A DNA stretch of 64,000 nucleotides, from positions 414,515-478,514 of the forward strand of contig CAVVTC010000005.1 of NCBI GenBank assembly GCA_963751025.1. The letters run 5' to 3'. This document shows, piece by piece, positions 9,758-19,421 of this stretch. The position numbers were made by a program, and so were the translations under genes. The notes beneath the pieces were generated by a model that ran no database searches, had not been told where the DNA came from, and worked only from the letters and a program-made list of their open reading frames with translations. This stretch comes from an uncultured Acidobacteriota bacterium. GTDB lineage: Bacteria > Acidobacteriota > Vicinamibacteria > Vicinamibacterales > UBA2999. The stretch's first letter is position 1, and the number at the start of each line of letters is the position of its first letter.

Positions 9758-10273
9758 TCAGGAACTCCTGTCGTCCGTCCATCGGACGGCCAGCGCGGCG
9801 AAGCGCGCGGCGCGATCGCGGGCACGGATGGCAAGATGACTGGTGAGACGGGCCCCGGCGGGCATCCGTGGGGGTACACCACTCACGAGCATCCCGGTCT
9901 CAGGCAGGTCCGGAGCCAGCACGATCGGCAGCGTCGCTTCGGCGCGCTCGACCCGGCGCCGCACGAATGGACGCACCATCGCCACGCCCATGGCGGAGAT
10001 CAGCGGCCGCGAGGGCCCGATGCCGGCCATCGTCGCCAGGGTCGCTCGCACGGATGCCGGCAACTCCTCGTCGGCACCGAGTGAGGGCATTTCCACCACG
10101 CGGTACGGCGTCAAGCCGTACGTGGCAATGGCTTCCGCGCGTTGAGCGCCGTTCGCGACGAGAATCCAATCGGGCGGGGATGCGGCGCCGGCGATCACCC
10201 GCATGCCAGCCGGGGCCGCGTCGGTCACGCGTTCGAGCGCCCTGGGGGTCGCGCCCACGACGAGCACCGTCAT
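9758..10273 (-). CDS. Hypothetical protein (171 aa), operon member
   Basis: Intact ORF. Its ATG forms an ATGA overlap with the upstream gene stop (10270-10273), and its stop lies 6 nt before the next ATG. No recognisable motif. Confidence 0.5.
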   Translation of the reverse strand: MTVLVVGATPRALERVTDAAPAGMRVIAGAASPPDWILVANGAQRAEAIATYGLTPYRVVEMPSLGADEELPASVRATLATMAGIGPSRPLISAMGVAMVRPFVRRRVERAEATLPIVLAPDLPETGMLVSGVPPRMPAGARLTSHLAIRARDRAARFAALAVRWTDDRSS

Positions 10274-11457
10274 GCGGCCACCAACTCGACGCCGGACGCG
10301 TCGAGAAATTCACACGACACACCGAGATCCCGGCACGTAGTCGCGATCTCGCCGAGGTAGTTCGGGTTCATGACGACGACGACCACGGACTGATGGGCGG
10401 ACGCGCGCAGCGACACGGGCGCCTCGATCCGGCGCCCCGAGATGGGCACGTAGCCACCCTGCTTGTTGACGTTCACGTCCACGGTGTAGTCGATCAGCGC
10501 CGAATCCGGATCGACCATCAACGAGAACATGATGCCCTTCGTGGCCATGCCCCACAGCGCGATCACGCGACCCTGTTGTCGGAGCGCGCGAAGGCGATCA
10601 CGAATGGCCTGCACGCGCGCCTGCTCACCCGCCGAGTACTCCTGCAGCCGTGCGGCAAGTGTCTGCCCGCTGTTCGCCGGTCTGGTCCGCGATGCGGCGG
10701 ACTCGGCCTCCGTCCATCGATACTGCCGGCCGAACACGACACCGGTCGCCGTGGCCGTGAAACCGGCGCTGCCGAGGACTGTGGCCAGTGTCGTGTCCGT
10801 GAAGTAGTTGCAGTGCTCGTAGCAGAAGTCCCAGAACGCGTGCTCCTCGAGCATCCACCCGAGATCGGGAACTTCGATGAAGAGCGGCACACCCGTGCGG
10901 TCGCCGAGCGCCTCTCTGATCTCGCGCAGGAACGCAGCCGGGCTGGGCATGTGTTCCAGGACGTGGCGAGACACGAACAGCGACGGACTGTCATCGAGTT
11001 GATCGGGCGAGAACACTCCCTTGATCAGCCGGAGCCGCCCACCCGCCAGGATCTCATCGTGCGGGAGCGCCGGATCCACGCCGACGGCGCGACATTCCGG
11101 CCAGACCTGGCACAGCGTCTTCAGAAACGCGCCGTTGCCGCACCCGACGTCCACCACATACCCGCGCTCGAGTGAATGGCGGCGTCCGAGCATGGTCGCC
11201 ACGTCGGTGTAGTGCCGATCCATGACCGCCGATGGCACGGCGTTGTCGTAGCCGGCGTCGTACACGAGCCGTGATGGATCGAACGCGGCGTTCCATGAAA
11301 ACCCGCAGGCCGAGCAGGTCGCAAGGGAGAACTGGCCGCGGACAGACCGGCGCGCGTCGTCGGCTGTGCGGTAGACGTAGTTCTGCATCGACGGCAGGAG
11401 CGGCCGGGTCACGCTGGTCACCGGCTGTCCCGCAGTACAGATCGGGCACTCGCTCAC
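10270..11457 (-). CDS. NDP-hexose C-methyltransferase-like protein (zinc-ribbon + class I SAM MT + C-methyltransferase C-terminal domain)
   Basis: GTG start at 11457 (GTGA overlap with rfbG-like stop). It has N-terminal CPIC...CSACG cysteines, the SAM motif VVDVGCGNGAF, and EHCNYFT...ALWGMATKG...VDVNVNKQG as in TylC3/NovU-type enzymes. The upstream part of ORF 10270..11967 is discounted because it overlaps the dehydratase. Confidence 0.75.
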   Translation of the reverse strand: MSECPICTAGQPVTSVTRPLLPSMQNYVYRTADDARRSVRGQFSLATCSACGFSWNAAFDPSRLVYDAGYDNAVPSAVMDRHYTDVATMLGRRHSLERGYVVDVGCGNGAFLKTLCQVWPECRAVGVDPALPHDEILAGGRLRLIKGVFSPDQLDDSPSLFVSRHVLEHMPSPAAFLREIREALGDRTGVPLFIEVPDLGWMLEEHAFWDFCYEHCNYFTDTTLATVLGSAGFTATATGVVFGRQYRWTEAESAASRTRPANSGQTLAARLQEYSAGEQARVQAIRDRLRALRQQGRVIALWGMATKGIMFSLMVDPDSALIDYTVDVNVNKQGGYVPISGRRIEAPVSLRASAHQSVVVVVMNPNYLGEIATTCRDLGVSCEFLDASGVELVAA

Positions 11458-12449
11458 GAGCGCTCCCAGTCTCCGAACCAGCGGCGGTACCAGTCGAGGG
11501 TCTCTCGCAGCCCCTGGTCCATCGTGTAGGCGGGCGTCCAGCCGAGCGTCTGCGTCGCCTTGTCGAACGACAGCCACTGCTCGCGAATCTCCGCCTGCGC
11601 GGTATTGCGAATGTCGGGAGAGAGATCGGTCCGGCCGGTCAGCCGCTGCAGATCCGCGATCACCTCGAGGACGGTCCGGCGCGCTGAACCGCCGAAGTTC
11701 ACCGCTCCGCCGCGAAGCCGGCCCGTGTACGCCGCCTCGGCCAGACACAGGTACGCGGATGCGGCGTCCTTGACGTACAGGTAGTCGCGCACGAACGTCC
11801 CGTCGCTCCGGACGATCGGCCGCTCGCCGCGCAGCAGCGATCGAATCGTGCCCGGAACAATCCTGGTCCAGTTGAGATCCCCGCCGCCGTAGATGTTGCC
11901 GCACCGCGCGACCAGCGCCGGCAGGCCGTAGGTGTCGTGATACGTCTGTGTCAGCAGGTCGGCGCACGCCTTCGACACGTCATACGGATGCTGCGCCCTG
12001 AGCGGCGTCTGCTCCGTATAGGGCAACTCGGACGAGGAGCCATAGGCCTTGTCGCTCGACGCGACGACCACGGACTTGATCATCGACGCATGGACGCGGC
12101 AGGCGTCGAGCAGGTGATACGTGCCTCGGATGTTGGCGTCGAAGGTCGCGACCGGCGAGCGCGCCGCGACGCCGACCAGCGTCTGCGCGCCGAGGTGAAT
12201 CACCACGTCCACTTCCCAGACACCCACCGCGCGCTCGACCGCGGCATAGTCCTCGAGCGCTCCGAAGACCTGCTTGACCTTGTGGATGTCGCCGCTCCGT
12301 ACCAGCTCGGACTGCGGATCGATGTCCACCAGGAGCGCGACGACCGTCGCGCCCCGCTCGAGCAGCGTCTTTACGACCCACGAGCCGACGATGCCGGTGG
12401 CGCCGGTGACCAGGACGCGCCGGCCGCGCCAGACGAAGGCGTCCGTCAT
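11454..12449 (-). CDS. rfbG: CDP-glucose 4,6-dehydratase-like SDR
   Basis: Intact 331-aa ORF with FVWRGRRVLVTGATGIVGSW (RfbG-like N-terminus), ASSDKAYG and the catalytic YDVSK. It shares an operon with rfbF. Confidence 0.7.
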   Translation of the reverse strand: MTDAFVWRGRRVLVTGATGIVGSWVVKTLLERGATVVALLVDIDPQSELVRSGDIHKVKQVFGALEDYAAVERAVGVWEVDVVIHLGAQTLVGVAARSPVATFDANIRGTYHLLDACRVHASMIKSVVVASSDKAYGSSSELPYTEQTPLRAQHPYDVSKACADLLTQTYHDTYGLPALVARCGNIYGGGDLNWTRIVPGTIRSLLRGERPIVRSDGTFVRDYLYVKDAASAYLCLAEAAYTGRLRGGAVNFGGSARRTVLEVIADLQRLTGRTDLSPDIRNTAQAEIREQWLSFDKATQTLGWTPAYTMDQGLRETLDWYRRWFGDWERS

Positions 12450-13214
12450 ACGGTCCGCCTCAGATACGCCTGCGGCCAGTGCGTCACGTTCCGATCGAGC
12501 TCGCTTTCATTGAACGGCCACGGCGGCTGCTCGAGCGTGAACTCCGTGTGCGACCGCAGGAAATCGTGCACGGCGGAGATCGGGTTGTCGTCGCGCCATG
12601 AGGGCTGGCCGCGCGGCGCATCGGCGACCTCCTGCATCACGCCGTCGGTGGCCACGAGGTACGAGCCGACCGAGACGAGCGGTGCGTAGGCCTCGAGCTC
12701 GGCGCGCACGTGGTCGCGCGAATGATTCGAATCGAGCAGCACGAGCACGGTCTCGCCAGGAGCGATCGCGGACCGGACCCGGCCCACGATGCGCTGGATC
12801 GATCGAGCTGCCCTCGATGAGATCGATGAGCCCACGCAGCGGGTGGCCGTCGAGCGCCGCCTTGTTGTGCGGCCGGATCTCGATGTCCACGCCGATGACC
12901 CGCCCGCGGTCGAGCGCCTTGCACAAGGCCGCGTAGTACACCAGCGACCCGCCGTGCGCCACGCCAGTCTCGACGATCACGTCGGGTGCCACGCGGTGAA
13001 TCACCTCCTGCAGCCGGATCATATCGTCGGGCAGCTGAATGATCGGCCGCCCGAACCAGCTGAAGGTGTAGGTGTACTTCTGGTTCCACCCGACCTTGAG
13101 CCACAGCCGCGACAACAGCTCGAACCCTTCCTTCGAGTACAGCGGCACGCGCGATTCGCCGCTCTCGGTGCGGCTCACGATCACGCCGGCGTCGGTGTCT
13201 ACCGTGAAGGTCAT
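12446..13214 (-). pseudogene. CmcI/cephalosporin-hydroxylase-family methyltransferase (rhamnosyl O-methyltransferase-like), one frame break near 12820
   Basis: MTFTVDTD...FSWFGRPIIQLPDDMIRLQEVIHRVAPDVIVETGVAHGGSLVYYA...IGVDIEIRPHN...LIEGSSIDP lies in ORF 12507..14372. ORF 12446..12835 continues with VLVLLDSNHSRDHVRAELEAYAPLVSVGSYLVATDG. Confidence 0.75.
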
Positions 13215-14135
13215 GCCTGCACCATTCCGCCGTGCGCCTTCCACCAGGCGACAGTCTCGCAAATTCCGTCCTCGAGGCGAGACCGCGGCGTCCACCCGAC
13301 GTCGCGGGACAGCCGCGTCACCTCGGCGATGACGAGAGGCGCCGGATCGTGCAGGTTCGTCTCGGACTGCTCGAGATGCAGGCCCTCGCCGGTTTCCGCA
13401 CCGACGATTTCTCCAAGGCGCGCCAGCGCGATGCCCTCGCCAGACCCGATGTTGCACCGCGCCCTGAACGTCGGACGCCAGCAGCGCGCTGAACGCCGCG
13501 CCGGCGTCGGAGACGAGCAGGTAGTCGCGCACCTGCGCCGGATACCGCAGTCGAAACGGCGTGCGCGACGCGCTGGCGCGAATCATCGACGGCACCAGCC
13601 GCTCGGGCGACTCGCCCGGACCGTAGGTCCAGAACAGGCGACCCTCGGCGAAGCTGAAGCCCGCCTGCACCGACCATCGCTCGAGCACCTCGTACTGCGC
13701 ATGCTTGCAGGCCGCGTAGAGCGTGGCCGGCCGGCACGGCGTGGTGCTCTCTGAGCACACCCCCTCCGACCAGTCGTACTCCGCCACCGTCCCGGCCACA
13801 ACCACACGCTGTCCGCCGTGCGCCAGGAAGCTGTCGACGAGTTGCAGCGAGGACTGCAGCCACTTCGGATTGTCGAGCGACGTGAGATACACGCCCGGCG
13901 ATGCGATCCAAGCGAAGTGCAGCAGGTGTGTCGGGCGCACGCGCTGCATCAGGGCATCGACGGCGCCGCGATCGTGCACATCGACCGCGTGCGTCACGAC
14001 GCCTGTAGGGCCCGCCTTGAGGCGGCCCCCACGCTGCGCGGCGTGCACGTCAGCGCCTCGCGCGGCCAGCGGCGCCAGCGACCAGCGGCCGACGAATCCG
14101 CTCGCACCGGTGACCAGCACGCGCGTCATCGTCAT
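13211..14135 (-). pseudogene. NAD-dependent sugar epimerase/reductase (extended SDR), one frame break near 13447
   Basis: MTMTRVLVTGASGFVGR...YAACKHAQ (YxxxK) is in one frame. After ...SDVQGAV the continuation NIGSGEGIALARLGEIVGAETG...GWTPRSRLEDGICETVAWWKAHGGMVQA-stop is one frame over (hand translation). ATGA overlaps at both ends. Confidence 0.75.
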
Positions 14136-14662
14136 CGGGTGAGAAGCCCCCAGCGCCGATCCTGTTCGGAGAGCATCGACGGCGGCAGCGGCCACCTGAT
14201 CGCCAGCGTCGGATCGTCCCAGCGGATGCCGTCGCCCATCTGCGGCGCGTAGTAGTCGCTGAGATGATAGTGGACGGTGCTCTCCTCGATCAGCGTCTGA
14301 TACCCATGCGCCACGCCTTCGGGAAGGAACAGCGCGCAGCGGTTCTCCGGCGTCAGCTCGCAGCCGTCCCACATCCCGAACGTCGGCGAATCCGGGCGCA
14401 CGTCAGCGATCACGTCGTAGATCGCGCCTCGAATACAGGTGACGAGCTTGGCCTCCGAGTGCGGGGCACGCTGAAAGTGCAGGCCGCGCAGCGTGCCGCG
14501 CTGGTGGTTGTGGGAGATCGCGCTGCGCACGAACGAGCCGTGCCATCCACGCTCGGCCAGCGCACGCAGCTGATACACCTCGGTAAACGACCCGCGATCG
14601 TCGGCGACGGTCGTCGGTTCGATGCGAAACGCCCCATGAATGCGGGTGGAATGCAGGGTCAC
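14132..14662 (-). CDS. NDP-4-dehydro-6-deoxyhexose 3,5-epimerase (RmlC-like cupin)
   Basis: GTG start at 14662 (GTGA overlap). The sequence reads DDRGSFTEVY...HNHQRGTLRGLHFQ...EAKLVTCIRGAIYDVIADVRPDSPTFGMW...FLPEGVAHGYQTL. Confidence 0.8.
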   Translation of the reverse strand: MTLHSTRIHGAFRIEPTTVADDRGSFTEVYQLRALAERGWHGSFVRSAISHNHQRGTLRGLHFQRAPHSEAKLVTCIRGAIYDVIADVRPDSPTFGMWDGCELTPENRCALFLPEGVAHGYQTLIEESTVHYHLSDYYAPQMGDGIRWDDPTLAIRWPLPPSMLSEQDRRWGLLTR

Positions 14663-15898
14663 TGGAGTTCGATCCGCGGCACGGCGAGGATGAAGCGGCC
14701 GCCACGACGATGGTAGGCCTCTTCCTGGCGCACGACTTCGTCCTTGAGATTCCAGACGAGGATGAGCAGATAGTCCGGCTGACGCTCGGTGATCACCTGC
14801 GGAGCGACCACCGGGATTCCGCACCCGGGCATCCGTCGGCCCTGTTTGTGCGGGCTGCGATCGGCGACAAACGACACGGTGTTGGCCGTAATGCCGCAGT
14901 AGTTCAACAGAATGCTTCCCTTCGCCGCCGCTCCATAGGCGCCAATCGTCGCGCCCGATGCGCGCAGCCGATCGAGCGTGGTGTTGAGGTCGTCCCGCAC
15001 GCGTTCAACAGCCGTTCGGAAGTCACGATAGTACCCCTCGCGCGTCAGCCCGAGCGCTTCCTCCTCGCGCAGCAGCTGCTCGGTCGTGTCGCCGTGGCGC
15101 TCGCCCGTGCCGATGAACAAACGAAGAGACCCGCCGTGAATCGGGACGCGCTCGACCCGCTCGAGCGCGAGACCGTGACGGCGGACGAGCGACGCGACGG
15201 CGTGCACGGAGAAGTAACAGAGATGCTCGTGATAGATCGTGTCGAACTCGGTGCGCTCGACCATGTCGCGCACGTACGGCACTTCAATCACCGCGACGCC
15301 ACCCGGCGCCAGCATCGTCGCGATCCCGCTCATGACGCCGTTCAGATCAGGGACGTGCGCCATGACGTTCAGACCGAGCAGCACGTCAGCTCGCCGCCCC
15401 TCGGCAACGAGGCGCGCCGCGAGATCACGGCCGAAGAACTCGCTGATGGTCGGAATGTGCCGCTCGTCCCTCGCCACGGCGGCGATGTTGGCCGCCGGCT
15501 CGATGCCGAGTACCGGCACGCCAGCGCGCTGGAAGTATTGCAGCAGGTAGCCGTCGTTGCTCGCCACCTCGACGACGAGGCTCGCCGGCCCCAGGCCTCG
15601 TTCGGCCACGAGTGACGAGGCCAGCGCCTCGGCGTGGCGCAGCATCGAGGCGGAGTACGAGGAGAAATAGAGGTACTCGGAGAACATCTGCTCCGGCGCC
15701 ACGATGTGCCGCAGCTGCACGAGCGAGCAGGCCGGACAGAACCCGACGTCGAGCGGGAAGCGAGGTTCATCGGTGGGGGCTTCGGCCGGCGGATAGGCGT
15801 TCGGCAGCGGCAGCCACCCGAGCGAGAGGATCTCGCGGATGCCATCGGCGTCGCACGACAGGCAGCGCGTGCGCGCGGCAGGCAGTGGCTAGTCCCAT
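14659..15898 (-). pseudogene. Second NDP-hexose C-methyltransferase-like protein; 5' end lacks a usable in-frame start
   Basis: ORF 14659..15720 carries the MT core (VVEVASNDGYLLQYF, YHEHLCYFS, AYGAAAKGS, ADRSPHKQG). The zinc-ribbon (RCLSCDADGIREILSLGWLPLPNAY...FCPACSL) continues in frame upstream, right up to the rfbF TAG, with no ATG/GTG/TTG. An ATG at 15898 lies one frame off. Confidence 0.7.
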
Positions 15899-16662
15899 CG
15901 CTTCCACGGTGCGCGGCCACGCTGCCACAGCTCTTCGAGCAGATCCCGTTCCCGGAGCGTGTCCATGCACTGCCAGAAGCCGCCATGCGCGTGGACGGCC
16001 AGCTGCCGCTCGGTGGCCAGCCGCTCGAGCACGTCCTTTTCGAGGCTGTCGGTGTGGTCGTCCATGTGGTCGAAGACGGCCGGCTCGAAGATCATGAACC
16101 CGCCGTTGATCCAGCCTTCGCCGATCTGCGGCTTCTCGACGAAGTCGGTGACGATCCCGCTCTCGAACGACAGACCGCCGTAGCGCGACGGCGGCCGCAC
16201 CGCGGTGACGGTGGCGATCTTGCCGCAGCGGCGATGGGTCGCCATCACCGCGGCGAGATCGACGTCGGAGACGCCGTCGCCGTAGGTGAGCATGAACGGC
16301 TCCCCATTCAGCCAGCGGCGAAGCCGGTGCAGCCGGCCGCCGGTGCCGGTCGCCACACCGGTCTCGACGAGATGGACCTTCCAGTCGTCGCGGACGTCGC
16401 CGTCCTCGAGGTGCGTCGTGCCGGACGCGAGGTCCACGGTCAGCGACGCGCTCAGCAGCGTGTATTGCAGGAAGAACTCTTTGATGACGTAACCCTTGTA
16501 GCCCAGCGCCAGCACGAACTCCGTGTGATCGAAGCTGGCGAAGTGCTTCATGATGTGCCACAGGATCGGACGCTCGCCGATCTGCACCATCGGCTTGGGG
16601 ACGACCTCGGTCAGCTCGGCCAGCCGGCTGCCGCGGCCGCCGGCGAGAATCACGACTTTCAT
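15889..16662 (-). CDS. rfbF: Glucose-1-phosphate cytidylyltransferase
   Basis: MKVVILAGGRGSRLAELTEVVPKPMVQIGERPILWHIMKHF...GGRL...LTYGDGVSDVDL...GWINGGFMIFEP...GFWQCMDTLRE. Start at 16662 (ATGA overlap with the upstream stop). Confidence 0.9.
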   Translation of the reverse strand: MKVVILAGGRGSRLAELTEVVPKPMVQIGERPILWHIMKHFASFDHTEFVLALGYKGYVIKEFFLQYTLLSASLTVDLASGTTHLEDGDVRDDWKVHLVETGVATGTGGRLHRLRRWLNGEPFMLTYGDGVSDVDLAAVMATHRRCGKIATVTAVRPPSRYGGLSFESGIVTDFVEKPQIGEGWINGGFMIFEPAVFDHMDDHTDSLEKDVLERLATERQLAVHAHGGFWQCMDTLRERDLLEELWQRGRAPWKRWD

Positions 16663-17922
16663 GCGCCTCCCGCGGCGGCGGGCGTCCCGTGCCGCCAGAC
16701 GTGATAGGTGCTCAACGTGTCGAGACTGGGCATCGCCAGCAGCACGTTGGTTCCCCTCGGACGCGGCGTGCGCGCGCCCCACGCGAGCGCGTCGAAGATC
16801 GTGCTGAAGCGCGGCAGGTCGTCCTCGGGCTCCTCCTGCTCGATGTCGTCGGCGTTGCGCGCGGCTGTCTCAGGCGGCATCACCGAGAGCGCATCGAGAT
16901 AGATCTGACGCGACCGCACCCACCGCTGCACCTCGTCCGACCTCGCGATTCAGCCCGTCGATGAGCGAATCGTAATCCTCCGAGAGGTCCACTCCGGCCT
17001 TGGAGGCGCGAAAATAGTCGAGCAGGCAGGCCACGTAGTAGCGAGGCCGATTGAGGGCGCACGCACGCAAACGGCTCGGGCAGCACTTCTCTGAGGCGCA
17101 TCGAGATCGTTCAACACGAGCGGGTGAGTGAAGCACGCGTCGGTCGGCATGCGATCCACGAGGTCGCTCCACGACATGCCGAGGTCGAGCCGGAACCGGT
17201 CGGCCAGCGGGCCGCGACGCCGGAATGCGGAACCGTTGCCCACGCCGCAGCTGACAAACAGCGAGTCGTCGAGGATCACCATCGCGATCGGTGTGGGCCA
17301 GCATCAGGTAGCCGGAGGTGTAATCGGGGCACACCGGCGGACAGAAGCGGCCGAGGGGGCCGGAGCGCACGCGATCGATCACCGACCGGCGGCAGACGCC
17401 GGTCATCAGCTTCGGCAGCAGCTTGCCGCCGAAGTCCGGATGACCTTGCGCGAAGTACTCGAGCACCTCGGCGCTGTCGAACTCTCGCCGCTCACCCGAG
17501 CAGCGGCGCCGCTTGAACATCGTGCCAAGCGGATCGCGCCCGTACTGATCGGGAAACCAGCTCACGACCGGCGTGTCGCTGCGCTCGATCTCCGCGTAGA
17601 CCAGGCTGAGCGCGTCAGGGCGGAAGACGGATCGGTCGGTCAGGATCCCGACGTACTCTCCACGGGCGTCGGCAATCGCGCGCTCCCAGTTGTCCGGCAT
17701 CGACAGCTTGCCGCTGGTCCGGACGTAGCGCGACACGCGGATCTCGGTGCCTCGGCCGCAACAGCTGATGCCGCAGGCGCATACGGCCTCGTCGCCGTTG
17801 TCGCAGACGATGACCTCGAGATCCTCGAAGGTCTGCTCGAGCACGCTTCGCAGGGCGCTGCGAAGCTGGTCGACGCGGTTCTTGGTGGGAATCGCAATCG
17901 TGAAGAAGGGCGACGCGCTCAT
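16659..17922 (-). pseudogene. Family 2 glycosyltransferase, at least 3 frame breaks
   Basis: MSASPFFTIAIPTKNRVDQLRSALRSVLEQTFEDLEVIVCDNGDE...SMPDNWERAIADARGEYVGILTDRSV. Later parts continue in ORFs 16950..17282 and 16659..16931 (…VQRWVRSRQIYLDAL...). ATGA overlaps at both ends. Confidence 0.7.
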
Positions 17923-19401
17923 CGGCCAATGCCCTCGGAGGCAAGCGTCAGCCCGGGCACGCCCCGCCGCCGGGCGGCGTCGGAGATCGGTGCGCGATCC
18001 GCGCGCGGACGCGCGCGCGTCTCGATCACATCGGCCACGACGAGGCTGGCCGGCGCCTCGGGCCCGCACGGGCGAACGAACCAGCGCGTGAACTCGCGAC
18101 GGCCGTCGGCCTTCTCGTCGGCGCCGTCCACGATGCGCCGCACGTGCGCGGCCACGTCGGCAACAGTCGCGACACACTTCGAGGAAATCTCCCTTGAGCA
18201 GATGGCGGAAGTGGCCGGTCCGACCCTGAGCCGGCCAGTACTTCTCGCTCACGATGGTCAGGCAGGGGCGATTGGCGACGACCGCTTCGAGAAACGCCGT
18301 CGTGTTGAGGCCGAAGACGCACAGCGCCCCGGCCAGCTGATCGTAGTACTCCTGCCACGACTCCGGCGAGTCGGCCTGGTCGCCCTCCCTGGGATGCACG
18401 ACGACACTCGGGTACGAGAACGACTCGAACGGACGGGGATTGGTCGGATGCGGCCGCACGACGAGCGTCGGCGCTCGCCCGGAGAACTCCTGCGCCAGGG
18501 CGTCGGCCATGGCCGTCACCATGGAGTCTCGTTGTCCCAGATCGTTCGCGAGCTGCACAGAAACACCATGTACGGCCGCGTCGGGACACCCCATCTCGGC
18601 GCACAACTGCTGCCGGGTCCTGCGCGGCTGCATCGCAAAGAAGGGATCGAGGTGCGGCGCGCCGGTGATGCGGATCGTCTCCGCGCGGGATGTCGTGAAT
18701 CTCCGCGGCTTCCTGCGCGATCGGCTCGTTCCACACGATGGAGACAGATCCGGCACGACGTGCACCGTGCCCTTGCTCGTCAGGTTGTCCCAGCTGTTGA
18801 CATATCCGATCGTCGGAATGCCCAGCGTGCGCGCGGCATGCAGGTAGTCGGCTTCAACCGGATCCTTCGGCCAGATCGTCGGCGACACGAGCATCACGTC
18901 CGGGTCGATCTCGCTCAGCACCGACGAGAAGCGTCGGACTCGCGGGGCTGGCGGCCTCGATCCACCGCCAGATGCCCAAGCGCCGCTCGCGTGCCGAGGG
19001 CGCGCCGCCACAGCGGCCGGTGAATCTGCTTCGCGCGAGATCGTCAGGCAGTCCTTCTCGAGGCCGGCGACCACGCGCTCGGGCGAGGGATGGTCCTTGC
19101 GCAAGTAGATCCCGCGGTTGACCACCTGACGGCCGACGCGAAGACGACGGGGCCACGGCTCGCCCGGCTCTGGACGGTAGCCGCTCGTCACACCCGCGAT
19201 CTCGGACTGCGCGACCTGCAGGCCACGGCCGAGCAGTCGCTTCTTCGTCGAGTCCTGCGCGATCTTCTCACGCACGCGCGCATCGTCGAGCCGCGTGCCG
19301 TGCAGGAACACGACCTCGTGCCCGCGCCGGCACAGCTCCCGCATGACCGTGTCGAGATTGCGGAAGAAGTTGACGTGCTGGCCGATCATCAGGACTTTCA
19401 T
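17919..19401 (-). pseudogene. Single-module member of the uncharacterised GT-B-like family, at least 5 frame breaks
   Basis: [35 protein letters not shown]...SEIDPDVMLVSPTIWPKDPVEADYLHAARTLGIPTIGYVNSWDNLTSKGTVHVVPDL is colinear with both halves of 6773..9751. Compensating shifts occur near 19050/18960 and 18740/18660 (VWNEPIAQEAAEIHDIP is in ORF 18026..18736). The C-terminus is in ORF 17919..18155. Confidence 0.6.
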
Positions 19402-19421
19402 GGGATGCGGTGCACTCGCTC

